64,000 nt of DNA from the human T2T-CHM13v2.0 reference genome, Homo sapiens. The notes beneath the pieces were generated by a model, which made no database searches, had not been told where the DNA came from, and worked only from the letters and a program-made list of their open reading frames with translations. Shown one piece after another: positions 27,761 to 41,383 of this stretch (position 1 is its first letter; each line of letters begins with the position of its first letter). Location: the NCBI RefSeq assembly GCF_009914755.1, contig NC_060927.1. One strand, 5' to 3'. The position numbers were made by a program, and so were the translations under genes.

Positions 27761-30444
27761 CTATATTTCAGACAGGCATAAATGCAGACAGAATATTTTG
27801 TGCATGTCTCATTCTGTGCTTCTCAGTGTCTGTGGAGCCCCCAGCAGCCTGTCTGTCTGCAGTCCCAGTGTGAGCTGCAGAGCAGCCTCCCACTTCCTAC
27901 CTCTTAAAGGGAAGCACATAGCCTCCACCATGGTGTTTCTTCAAGACTCTTTCTCTAATCTTTACCTGGTGCCTGAAATTCTATTTATAGCTGCCAAACC
28001 CTTTGCTCCAGTATTAGAGGAAAGGCTTGGGTAGCCAATGACCCTGTGAAAGAAGACAAGTGGCTTTATATTAACATTAAAGTCTGACTGATTTTTAGGA
28101 GATAGTCCCCTGAGAGAAGCTCTAGAAAGGAAGAGGATTAGGGCTGAAAATACCAAACCTTTTTTACAGGAATGTTTCTGTGAGAAAGGAATAGGCCCAA
28201 ACAGGAGAGGCTGCTGCATGTCAAGACAATCCACCATTTTACTGTTCTGCTACCTTGGGTGGGGGAACTCTACTTAGGCTCCCGATATATTAAGCAAAAG
28301 CAGTAGGTTGTTGGTTTACATTCATCTTTGACCACTATAACCTCCAGATCCCATTCTAATTCATCAGATGCATTACCTTTCACTCACAGACACTCACAGA
28401 TGCTTAGGAGTCAGAAAACTATGGCAAAGAGGTAGCTGTGCATCACTATTCTTGTTCTTCTCTTTGCTGTGATCTCCCTGGACCAGTTGTCTGTGGCACT
28501 TCTGTCACTCACGTCTCTATGTTAAGGAGTTTAGTAATTTATCATTGGTGTATTTTAATCAGAGCAAGAGATGACATAAGTGGATTTCATCAATCTCAAC
28601 GAAGAGGTTTGATCCCTGACCCTTTCCCCAACATCCAGTCTGTGTGATCTCATGATGGATGATATGAGGTGACATGGGGTAACAAGGAAGAAGTCTTATT
28701 CACTCAAAGGGGAATGTGGTGATAGTATACAAGCTCTCTGGGCCTCAGTGTCCTCCTCACTAGACTGGCAACCCTGGGACCTACTTGGCAGGGCCATGCT
28801 GAAGATCATGAGTGTAGAGCTCCAAGCAGAGTAACACATGCTTGGGGCTGAACAGCATTTGGTTTCTTACCTTTCTCAATTTGAAAACAAAAATAACAGT
28901 TATTGCTATAATTCTCTGAAACTGCAAAATTCGTGTTCAGCTCTCCAGCTCCATTGATGGGGTGATTCACAGCTTTCATCTGTTTCCCACAGATGAAACT
29001 CCCCCATGGTCTCTGCAGTTCTGTGCCGATATTGCCCCTGTAGCTCCAAGGAGGGAAACATCATACCAAGAACCTACTTGGCACAAAGGCTGTTACATAA
29101 ATGCTCTTATTTAAACCTCGAGAAGGTCCATTCAAGTGGGCATTATGCCCATTTTAGAGAGGAGAAGGTGGAGTCTCAGAAAGGTTAAAAAATTTCCCAG
29201 AGATTCCACACTGGAAGAGGTGATGTCAGGATGTAAATCTGTGTGTTGTGGAAGATTAAGTGCCTGGATCACAGATGCTGTCACCCTTTCTGATCACAAG
29301 GGCTCCCCTGTGAGTGGTCATTTTAGGAAGGGATGTTTCCTGGGAGAGACGGGGCTGCTTCTATCGTTTTGATGCTGATATTTTTGCCTCATTGACTTTT
29401 CAGTAATGGGATTCTTAAAATAAGCAGTCTTCTTACCTCATCCTGCTGCCTTCCTAAAAAGGACTAAAAAAAAGTAGTAATGTGCATTAGGTTACTGTCT
29501 CTCTGGTTGAAAGGAAAATGCTGCCTCTTGTCAGAAGTGTTGGTAGAATCTTGGCACTGCGTGTACGAGACTTCTGTGGCTCATTCCAGGCTCTGTGCTG
29601 GACACTATGGACACAGCTCTGTTCTTTTAGGACTCCCAAGCCCGGGGGCAGTGGCAGAGAGTTAAATCCAAATACTCCTTGGAAGATGGTTTAAAAGGCA
29701 GCAAAGAGGCTGCTCCTGGGCAGAGCCAGACTTGATTCAGTTTTGAAGGAGGCAGAGTTTTCCCTGGGCATAGGCCACTCTTTCTCTGGGGACACATTGC
29801 AGCCAGGTTGGAGATGACACTGAAATTTGGTAGAAAGGGCCTGGAGCCACTGTTTCATAATCCCAGGTCTACCATTTATAAGCTCCACAAATCTAGACAA
29901 TTCATTTAACGCTCTTTGGGCCTTAGAATCTTTACAAACAGACTCAATGAACCCTTTTAGAGTTCTTATAAGACCTAGAGAAACTGATAGCTGGAGGTTC
30001 CTGGCACTTGGTAGATTACCCTCCTACTCCAGATGGACTCAAACCCATGTCTTTGCCTTCTTCTTTCCATGCAAATGGACTTGAAAGAATCCCTGGGTAC
30101 TTGGATTTGAGATGCATTCAATAGCAATGTGTTTTCTTTTTCCACTAAAGAACAATGTCTGTTGAATTCAAGCCCACCTTGTGACAGTTTGATTCCTGGG
30201 CAGGCATCAGCTGGAAGATTGCCTTTTAGAATCATCCTGACAAGATGACCAATTCCTGATGGAATATTCAGTTTCTGATGGAGTGGACAGTGTCTGAAAT
30301 TATGGCCAGTTGGCAGGAGGCCAATTCCTAATAAGAAGACCAATTTCTGCTTCAAGAATAGGAAACTATCATTCATTAAACATCTACCATGGACACAGTG
30401 GTAGAAATTTATGATTGTATATATTTAAAGCACTGCATGAGACA

Positions 30445-30770
30445 GACATGTAAATGATAGTGATTAAGAGCCTAGGTTCTAACATCATACTGTCTGGTTC
30501 AGATTTCATTTTTGTCACTTCAGTCATATGACTTAACCACTCTGTGCTCTTTGATAATAATAGAATCTCTCTCATAGGATTTTGGGGAGGAATTTTTTCC
30601 TGCCACATAGTAGGTATTCAATAACATTTTGCTGCCCTTATTTTTGTCTACATCTTGCAGACAAGAAAGCTAAGGCTTGGGAAATGTCAGTGAGAGAGTC
30701 TTCCTCTTCCAAGAGGAAAATTAAATTTAAGTCTTGCCTGAGATCTAATTGTGGATTTCAGAGTTATCCT
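30445..30770. mobile_element. Tail-to-tail MIR pair (+ then -)
   Basis: gtgattaagagcctagg...ctcataggattttgggga...cacatagtaggtattcaataa, then catcttgcagacaagaaagctaaggc. Confidence 0.65.
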
Positions 30771-31401
30771 ATCCTCATTCTCAGTACAGACCAGCTCTTT
30801 GCAATGTGAGGACATAACCCTCCCTCTCTGTATATAGCAAAACAAGTCTCTCACCTTTGGTGGGTTTGGTCTGGAGTCAGTGGCTGCCGGAAATTATACT
30901 AAGTGCACCATGTTAACTTGGCTATCAGGAGCATCCTGGGTACAGCATGACACCAAGACACCAGATCAATGGTAGGGCCTGGATAGACCTCTCCTGTTGA
31001 GATGCTGAGACCCCTGCAGAAAGCAGACCCCAACTAGTGGGAAGGGGGAGTGCACAATTTTCCATGGGCTTCATGGGCAGTGATGGAGGCTGGTTGATGC
31101 TAGTTGATTGTATAAGAAGTAAGTATGACCCTTCCATGCCTGAATGACAAGCTCCATATCATAAGAGTGGATTTCAGCTTTTATGCTTTGTCTCCACTAA
31201 TCCCTATAGCCATGCTTGGGAGGTGTTCATGTTGCCCTTTTACTGTGAGAAAGCTGAGGTCAGAGAAGTTCACATCTTCCCTTATAGCGCATGTTGGCAA
31301 AGGCAAGATTTAAACTTGATTTAGCTAGACTCTGAAGTCTGTGTCCTTCCTCCATCCCATGCTGCTTCTCTCCATGAGGCTAGGACTACAGGGTTGATAG
31401 A

Positions 31402-31420
31402 GGGTCAGCAGGGGGCACTG
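31402..31420 (+). promoter_or_regulatory. Candidate CTCF binding motif
   Basis: gggTCAGCAGGGGGCACTg closely matches the CTCF core CCASYAGRKGGCRS. Motif only; no occupancy evidence. Confidence 0.45.
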
Positions 31421-32343
31421 GCAGGAGATTAGGATGTAGCTGGGAGTGCATGGATCAGACAATCCATGATCTCAATAAGCAGTTAGAACAAGGCTATATG
31501 GGAAGGAAGTGAGAAGACACCTCAGCATGAAAGTTAGGGAAAGTTGTTTGAGAGCAAGATTGATGGCCTCAGACCTTCTGGAATGCTTTAGCCTTCAGGT
31601 AGCACTGCCTGCATGGATGACAGTGGGAAAGTGCTCCATAAACCTGACCATCACACCTACTCTTGGATAGCCTGAGCAGGTCAGTGGCTCTCACTGTCTT
31701 TGGTCCTGCTGTCAGCACATTTGTGGTCACCTATATTTTGATTTCATTTAGATGCCAGATTCCATTTAGATAACAGCATCCTTGCCTTTACCTATCTTAA
31801 GTCAGAGATCTCATATTTGGTGCAGAAGAATGAATGTTGATCTTGAAGTTCTGGTGAAAGACGTAGACTCTCTTCCTAGAAAAATATACTTTTTCACAAA
31901 TGTTGCATACAATTTCAGGAGGTATATAGCTCCCATAGGATTTCTCCATCAACCTCATGGAGGTCTACAGACCTCATTATAAGCCTTGTATTAAACTAGG
32001 AGGTTGACTCCTGATGTCTGTGCATCTTGAACAAAAACCAAAGGGAACAAACAATTTCATATGCAATGATAAACAAATAGAAAAACAGACAAAATACACT
32101 AAGCTTAACAAGAAATGTTCAGGAGCTATAGGAGAAAACTTCAAAATCTTACTGAGGAACAAAATCAAAGCTGTGACTAAGTAGAAAGAGTATATTTTTT
32201 GGATGGCCAGATTTGATACTTAAAAATGTTAATTTCCCAGCTATTAACTATTACATTGTAAGCAATCCCAAACAATAGTCCCAAAAGGTTTGTTTTTTCT
32301 TGGTGGGAAGAGTTTCCAAAATGATACTATGGCTCATTCAGAA

Positions 32344-32563
32344 GAGGGATTGGCAGTCTGTGGCTTGCTCAAATCCAGCCCACTGCTGTTTTTGTAAATA
32401 AAATTTTATTAGAACACAGCCACTATCATTTGGTTATGTATGGTCTGTGGCTGTTTTCCAGCTACAAAGGCAGAGTTGAGTAGTTACTACAGAGACTGAA
32501 TGGGTCACAAAAGTCTAAATTATTTATTATCCATCCCTTTAAGAAAAAGTTTGCAGATTTCTG
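32344..32563 (+). mobile_element. MER58A hAT MITE
   Basis: tgtttttgtaaataaaattttattagaacacagccac...ggcagagttgagtagtt...aaaaagtttgc. 8-bp TSD attcagaa (32336-32343) / atccagaa (32564-32571). Confidence 0.92.
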
Positions 32564-33152
32564 ATCCAGAAAATTAAGCCCATGAGAAGACCTGTGAAAA
32601 CGTAAAAAAAGAAGATTGGCACGGCAAGACTAGCCTTATCGAATTTCAAATGTTTTATAAATACACACTACTTACTGGCACAGGAATAGACAAATAGTTC
32701 AGTGCAACAGAAAAGTGCAGAAATAGGTACAAATATTGGGAGAACTTACATCTAGTATATGTTAACTTGACATTTCAAATGAGCAGGAAAAGATGGATTA
32801 TTCAATAATAAACTATGTTGATATTTGGAAAAAGGGAAAGACATTGCAATACCTTCCGCATGCTTTCTAGACAAGAAATTCTAGATGGGTACAATAGTCA
32901 GTAAAATCACAAAAAGGTTACAGAAAAGGAGGGTTGATGTATTTTATTCTAAAAAAAAAATCCTGTTCAATACCTTTACTTTAGAGAAGCCAACAGAGAC
33001 ATGAAAAACAAGACCAAGTATTCCCCACATGAAAGATAAAGAAATGTTATGCAAAGATGACTAACAAATGAGAAAATCAATAAACAATCCAATAGAAAAT
33101 CAGCAAAGAGCATCAATAGGCAATCCATACATACACAATAAAAAATGAAAAA

Positions 33153-33495
<343 letters not shown>

Positions 33496-36169
33496 TCAAC
33501 CTTCTTTTGATTAGAGAAATGTAAGTGAAAACAACTATGATATATCTTTATCTGTCAGATTTGCTGATTGGCAAAGATTCAAAACATGTCAAGGGTATGT
33601 TGAAATAGACATTTCCCATGCATAGTTTGAAAGAATAATTGCAATCTTGTTGGAGGGTAATTTAACAACATTTATGAGCATCAAACTTTCTTCTACAGTT
33701 TGACCCAGCATTGCCGTATTTAGAAATTTATCCTATAGGTATGCTCAAACACACAAAGATACTTGGAAAAAAGATTAATTGCACATTGTTTATATTTCTT
33801 AAAAAAAAACAGAAAACAACATAAATATCCATTAGTAGGGTTTCATTATGTCAATGTTGCTGAAACCTGAGTAATGAATCAATTCCATTTGAAAGAAAAA
33901 GGAATTCTCAGAAATCCTTATGTTGAATCTAATGATTTTTATTCTGTTGTTTCTCTAATATGTGCAACTATTAAACTAAGTATAAATCTCATAGCCTTAT
34001 AGTTCTTCTATAAATCAAAACCACGTGTGTTAGTTATATGTAAATGAATACAAATAAAATTCAAATTAACAATGTTAATTTTATCAGATGTATGTTTTCT
34101 GTTTAAAGTGTTGATGCTGTGTTTACAGTGGGGTTGTGTAGACACAGATTCAATTTATATGTAACATCTATGTTTTAGTCTAATAATACTAATGAAGGGA
34201 AGGCCTGTTTACAAAAATAAGCTTCAAAATTGTATTAATACATTGAGGCTTTCCTTGTTAGTTCAAGATATTCAGATCCATGATTAATCAAAATCTCCAA
34301 AGCCAGTTTTAATGAGCTGTCACTGATAATTCCATGAAGCTACTCGGTTTATTTGAAGATAAGGGTAGCATTGTGGCTTATTGAAATGTGTGTTAAATAG
34401 TATTTAATCTAATTATCCCTGGAACTGAGAACAGAGACATTTTTCCTGGAGTACTTACTGCCATCCTTATGCTAATGAACTGATGCGTGTTACCAAGGCA
34501 CAGACTGCTACGGAGATTGTTTGAGTTCCGCTTCTTGCTTATTCTACCCGGAGGACTCAATTTATCTCCTCACTTTTCTCTTTTCAAATTACTCTGAAAC
34601 CTTTATCTCCACAGATGACCATGATGTCATTCGATCTTAATTTGCAGCGACTGTCCTGGTAAACACAAACACGAATGGTGGCACTGGAACTTTGGGCTGT
34701 TCTTTGTAAAAAATGGCCACCCAGATGATCCAAAACACTGCTTTTCGGTCATTTTCTTGTAAGATATCATCAAAGTGAAAATGCAGAATTGACAAGTCTG
34801 AGTTCCTGACTACAAGACGATCCTGTAATGTGGTGAAATTGTAAAGGTATAGACGAGTGGGAAGAAAGAAGGAGAGAGGGGGATTATCCCAACTCCAAAA
34901 ACACAGCCACATTTACCACTCCCACCCCCCAGGATGTATTTTCTGGTTAGGTTGTGTGGATACCCATTGAAAATATGCCAGAGCTTTGGAACTAAGACAA
35001 TGTAGGTTTGAATCTGGGTTCAGCTGCTGCCTCACCAGCTGACTAATTTGGGACTTGAAGAATGGTGAGAGCCAAGCTGGCACTGCAGACAACTGGGCCC
35101 TTGGCACAGGCCACACACATTCCTTTGCCAGGCCCAATTGACCCCCTGCTCCTCATTCATGGTGCCATGCAGACATCCATCCCTGTAAAGCATCTCCCAA
35201 TGGACCAAGGATGTACTTGGCCTCCTAGAGCACTGGCGAGGGTGGGGCAGGTACACCAGAGCTCTCCTTAAAGCACTGGACACTTAGCTGTAGGTGTTAA
35301 ATAGATGTTGGCAGAGAGCATTTAAAATCCTTACCTCAGATGTTTTCACGCACTTCCCTGCCTAGAAGTGCAAAGGGTGCATGGTTTAACTGTGGTTATT
35401 TACAGCCAAAAGAAAGTGACTGGCAGTTCTTGAGAAGCCAGGGGTTTTATTTCTTGCTCTTGTTTTCCATTTCTGTGATTTACAGTCCTGTGAACTTGCC
35501 TGAAAAGCTCTGAACTCAGTCCATTCTGCCCTGCCCCTGTGAAAAGCAGACTCGGCTCTCTGGTGGTCAAGGAAGGCTGAAGAGCATGATGCCTTGTACT
35601 CCAGGAGGCCCAGACACAGGTGCTGCTGCCTGGTGGTTTTCAGCCTGGCTACCCTCCTCCACTTATGGCTACTGTGCACACCAGCACCCTAGCTCTTGGC
35701 ATGAAAGCTGAGATCAAAGCTATAGCTTGCTGTTTTGCTTTTTTTTTCCCACCTGCCATTTGACCTTTGATTTTCCTTAGATAAAATGTTTATTTTTTAA
35801 AAATCACCCACTTCCACTCAGGGCTAATTATCATCAACTTTTGTCTTGATTCTTGAGCACTTGAGTATCTGAGAGATAATTCCTCACCTTGCCTCCCCCC
35901 ACCCCCCAACAGTGGATGGACAGAGGGCCCGGTTTGGCATGTGCATTGGCCGGGGTGTTGACTGGAGATGCCCCTCCATTCTGGGCAGCATGTCGACAAC
36001 CTGGGTTGGGGGAGTAGCTGTTCTTAGCCCAAAGGAGGTGCTTAATAAATGACTGCCGAGCAGATGGAGAGATGAGGGATGCCTTATTGTCTGGGCCTAT
36101 TCACAGAAGTGCAGTTCTGGCTTCTTGCCCAAATTGGTACATTATACTACGTTAACAGAGGTGTAAAAA

Positions 36170-36360
36170 TAATAATAGTAATACTCAATGCAGCTGAGTA
36201 CTCTTTAATGTTCATGACAACCTTTAAGGGAGAGATGCTATCATTACTCTCGTTTTACAGATGAGGAAACAGAGGCACAGAGATTTGTACAATGTCACAA
36301 AGCTGGTAGTTGCAGAGATGGGATGCAAATTCAGTTCCATTTGACTCCGGAGCCTGAGCT
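36170..36360 (-). mobile_element. MIR SINE
   Basis: ttttacagatgaggaaacagaggcacagaga...gtcacaaagctggtag. Confidence 0.85.
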
Positions 36361-36689
36361 TGGGGAGATTATGAGATGCAGTCTTCTTTCATATCACCTG
36401 TGTTCCCTCAATCATTAAAAGTTCTCCTTGTGGGATCCAACAGTGACCTACCCCCACTGCAATGCCTTCCCTGGCTTTCCCAGTCAGGGGCTCACTCTCC
36501 ACCGAACCCCGGGCCCAGAGTACTTACTTTCTCCAAATCACTTCCTGGTATTTTTCATGGACACAGTTTGTCTCTCCCCTGCATTTTCAGGATCCTGAAG
36601 TAGAGGCCAAGGCTTTACCTCTGGAAGCACCAATAATACCCAGCTAAATGCCCTCACTAGTCATCCCTGATACTAGTTATTTGCTCCTT

Positions 36690-37110
36690 TCTTTTTGTGA
36701 GCCTCACCAGAAGTATATCAACTTTATTAGCTTTTTCAAAGAACCTGCTATTGGCTATCTTGGCCCTCTCTAAATTACATTTATTATTTTATTAGTAGCA
36801 GCTTTAATATTTATTATTTTCTTTCTTCTACTTTCTTTGGGTTCCTTTTCTCTTTTTCTAGTTTAGGTGGATGTTTCAGTGCACTAATATTTGTCCTTCC
36901 TTCACTTAAGTCTCTGCATTTTCCTCCACTGCTTCAGCCAAATCCTGCATGTTTATATATACATATCTCATAGAACTCGAAATAGTTTCCTGTTTGTATT
37001 ATAATTTCTTTTTTGACTCATGGGTTATTTAGAGGTATGTTTCTTAACTTCCAAGTATATAGGAGAGTTTTCTGTTTTATCTTTTGATTATTGATTTTTC
37101 CTTAAGTTCT
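36690..37110 (-). mobile_element. Ancient L1M fragment
   Basis: ttttattagctttttcaaagaacc, tttattattttctttcttctactttctttggg, ttctttttgactcatgggttatttaga. Confidence 0.7.
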
Positions 37111-37524
37111 AATACTCTTACATCAAAACAGAAACACCCTCCCATTTATATCTCCTAACCTTGTGGCAGGAATTCCTCATTATCTCTGCTCCTTATGCCA
37201 TCCCTGCTCAGGTGGTGTCAATTTCTCCATTTCACAAATGAGGATATTAAGGTTAGAGACTTCACCTGGTGTCAAGAAGCTATTATGTGTGAGTTGTTGT
37301 TGGGATGCAGAAGGAACGTGGTCCAGTCAAACTCAGCTTTTTTGGTTCTAGTGCTCAGCTTTTGCCTCTACCTTCTCCGCATGGCACAGTCACTGGGGAT
37401 GTGAACAAGTTGGTGTTCGTGTTGGCGGAGGGACAGGAGGGGCCGTGTCATCATGTCTCAGGTGGGCACCAAATTCTCTTGCCCTGCAGGTATCTCTGCA
37501 GTTCCTATCTTGTGCTCCTTAAAA

Positions 37525-37935
37525 AAAAAAATTGTAGTAAGAACACTTCACATGAGGTCTACCCTCTTAAAAATATTCCCTGTGTGCAATACAGTATTGT
37601 TAACTATAGACCCACTGTTGTACAGCAGATCTCTAATGGAAACTTTACACCTCTTACAGCCTCTTCCCATTTCCCCCTCTCCCCAGCTTCTGGCAACCAC
37701 CATCCGGCCTTCTGTATGTGTTTGACTATTTACATACCTCATGTAAGTGGAATCCTACAGTATTTGTCCTCTGTGATGGGCTTGTTTCACTTAGCATAAT
37801 GTTCTTCGCGTTCATCCTTGTTGTTGCCTATGGCAGGATTTTCACCTTTTTAAAGGCTGGATAATATTCTATTATGTGTATATGCCACGGTTGCTTTATC
37901 CATTCATCTGTTGATGGACTCTTAGGCTGTTTCCT
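37525..37935 (-). mobile_element. L1MA9/L1MB1-type LINE-1 3' end
   Basis: aagaacacttcacatgaggtctaccctcttaa...atacagtattgttaactatag...tgtacagcagatctcta...ttatccattcatctgttgatggac. Confidence 0.88.
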
Positions 37936-38228
37936 CACCTGCTTTGTGCTCATTTTTACTAATTTAAAGCCTCCCTCCCAGACTTCCTGGGTTATTTTTG
38001 ACAAACTCCAGGCTCTGCTCATTTTAGTCGCCACAAGAAGCAACAGTGCTCCTATAGTTAAAGCAGGAAAAGTCTCCTATAGCTTGGTAGGCAGGACCTG
38101 CCTTGGGATGTGAATTTCATGTCACTTGAGTGGCTGATGGATGTCAATGCCGGCCTCCCACACTCTGGCTGACAGGCAGACTTGCCTGCCCAACTTTGTG
38201 GTCAATGACTCCCCTCTCACCAGCAGTG

Positions 38229-38254
38229 TTTTTTTTTTTTTTTTTTTTTTTTTT
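38229..38254. repeat. Poly(T) run (~26 nt)
   Basis: Mononucleotide tract visible directly. Confidence 0.9.
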
Positions 38255-40574
38255 CCTAGCCTTCGAGGCCCACCTTCTCTCTGAAGTCTTCCCTGGCCAC
38301 CCTGGGTCACACTGTGCTGCCTAGGAACTCTACAGCAGTGAATGCCTGCATGATTTATTTGGTACTTAGCCTGTGCAGTGTGAATTATTCTGTATATCTT
38401 TATAGCTCTCTCTGGCCTCCCTACCTTGACCAAGGATGCCATGAAGGGTGAGAACACCATGAAAAGGGAGACCACAGTCCCTGCATCTGTGTGTTCACAG
38501 CTTTAAACACTGCCTTGCACGGTGGGATGCTCAGCACACACAATATGCCCGCCCAGGCACTGTGCTTTGGAGCTGGTGATTATCTGTCTTCTCTACTATG
38601 GCTCCCCAGCATTTAATGCCTGAATTACATTTTTCAACTCTGAATTTACAAGGACGACTAGCTCTAAGATGAATGAAGAAGGCCAAATTCTCTCAATGAA
38701 ATGGAAAGCATGTAGAAGTTATTAGAAACAAACAAGCAAAAAAAGCATTCTGATCATCTGCAGGTTATGCCTAAGAGAGCCTCATTGTGAACCTGAAGTT
38801 TTCTTAGACATCCATATGTAAATTTGGATTCCCAGTCCTAGCTCTCTTCTGGGCCTCTTCTGTCCTAGTCATTCTCCGCCAGTGGCTACCTCTTCCTTTG
38901 TTCTTTGCCAGGTTACCCCTCTGTGCTCCTTCCTGGCCCATGATCAATCAGTTCCAGGCCACAGCAGGCTGATTGGCTTATCACAGGGCTCTCATTTACA
39001 TCATAGAGTTCTCAGTCTTTCTGTCCAGCACCTGCTCAAAACTCCTTCCTTGAACCAAGGTTCTTAATCTAAGAGCTCTATTGGTGGTTCGGTTGCTCAG
39101 TTATTTCTGTTTCTGTTGGTACCACACATATGTCTGCAAATGTGCGAGATGTGGGGGAGACTCTCTTTAGTGAGAAGGGGCTCTGCCTGTCAGGAAGGCC
39201 TGCCCTGTACACTGCTGAGGCTTGCCTACAAAACCCCATTGTGCCTGCGGTGAAAGAGGTCTTCTCAGTTTCCCTCTCATGTAGAGGGGAGGAAAAAAAA
39301 AAAACCTCAAACCTTATAGTTTGAAAATACTCAAACCTAGAATACTTTTGCTCACTGCCCACAAAGCTCTTTCCTCTGTTGTCCTTTCATCCAGTATCAA
39401 ATGCTCACTTTGCCGTAGCTGCTTATGTTTGGAATGGCCGGTTTGCTCCCTCTCTAGCATTTAACTGTTTGATAATTTATATGAACTCTCCTGGAATCCA
39501 AACCAGATTTGAGTGTGATTATTAAGGCTTGAAGTTCCTTCTCAAGGGAAGTTGTAGGAACTGGAGAGAAATGTTGCTGGGATTGGTAGAAAATTTCCCC
39601 TGCAAAGGGTCAACTGTGAAGCTGAATTTTGGGTAACACGGTGGATGAGGGGAAGATGAAAGAGGAAGCAGAGGTCACCATGTGTGCTGGTGGCATTTGG
39701 AGGCTCCCTCTAGCCCACTTGAGCTTTATCCTGTGGACTCACAGGACACCCTGCACCCTCTTTTGGATCAATGTCAGGAGATGCTTGCAGTAGTTCTCCT
39801 GTGATCAGCTCTAATCCTTAACCTTTCATTGGTGCTTGACTTACCTCCTCAATGGGTAAAACATTGAAGTACTGAACTAGCTCCTTCTGGTTAATTTGTT
39901 GATTGGATTGGAAATTAGAACATGGAGCTGGTCAATGCACGGTATCTGGTAATTGTGGATGGGGGAGATGACTGGGGCAGAACTGAGCTCTATTTTTGCC
40001 AACATAGTACCAATGTGTGATATAATGTACTACTGAGACCATTACAAAATTAAAGGTGACTTTTTAATCTGGAATTGCAAACCGACAGCAGCCTGTCTGG
40101 GGAGCTCCATGTAATGAGTGTATGTCTCCAACAGTCTTCAATGACTGACAGGTGAAAAGCTGTGCCACAGCCTGGAATTATTATGCTGACACACAAAAGA
40201 GGGCGGGAGTGACAGCGTGGTGATCTACCAGTGCTGTCTGTGGGGTTAATGGTAAGCTTTCCCACTGCTAATGGTTTATAAAAAGAACAAAGAAAAGGAA
40301 AACGGTGCAGGGGAAAATCAATAGTATTAACAGAGTCATGGTAATGAATGCAATCGTTTATTTCTGGGATGGCTTTTATTGAACTGGTTTTGAACTTGAT
40401 ACCTTTTATTTTAAGTTTATGAGTTAGTGAATAAGAAATTCAGGGAAAAAATCAACTTTCTGCCAGACACAGCAGCCATGTTGTGTTGATCAAAGCTAAA
40501 GTTTTCAGTCTTTGAAAAAGGGAATTGAGATAGGAATATATAAATGTTTATCCATAAGGAGGATACCATGGAAA

Positions 40575-40770
40575 TGCTGGGGAATAAGGTGTGGTTTTTG
40601 ATATCAGAAAGACCTATTTTTGAGTCCTAGTTCTGTCTGTTAGCTGCATGACCATTGATCAATTTCTTTTTGCATGAAACAGGATCTCCCTAGCCAGGGT
40701 TGTTATGAGACTCAGGTGACATCATGTCTATTTATAAAGGCTTCTAACATGGTGCCTGGTAGGTTTCCTA
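40575..40770 (+). mobile_element. MIR SINE
   Basis: ttgagtcctagttctg...agggttgttatgagactca...catggtgcctgg. Confidence 0.65.
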
Positions 40771-41068
40771 CTTACCAAACCACAGGTATGGTTTGCTGAT
40801 GCCATCATTATCTTGGTATTTTATACTTCATTATAGTCTCCCAATTCAATGAACTCTTGAGCTGAAGGCCAAGAAAGAGTTGTATGGTGTATGTGACCTT
40901 TTCAATCTGTTGATTAACGATATTCATATTAATATCAATTTTCAGGAGAGAGCATAAATTTCCAAGAGATAGAGAAAATCGTTCTAAAAGATGACAATCT
41001 CTAGAAATACTCAAGCAAATGTGGTAGGATCATGTACTATGGACACTGTAGAAAAGAATACCAGGGTA

Positions 41069-41383
<315 letters not shown>

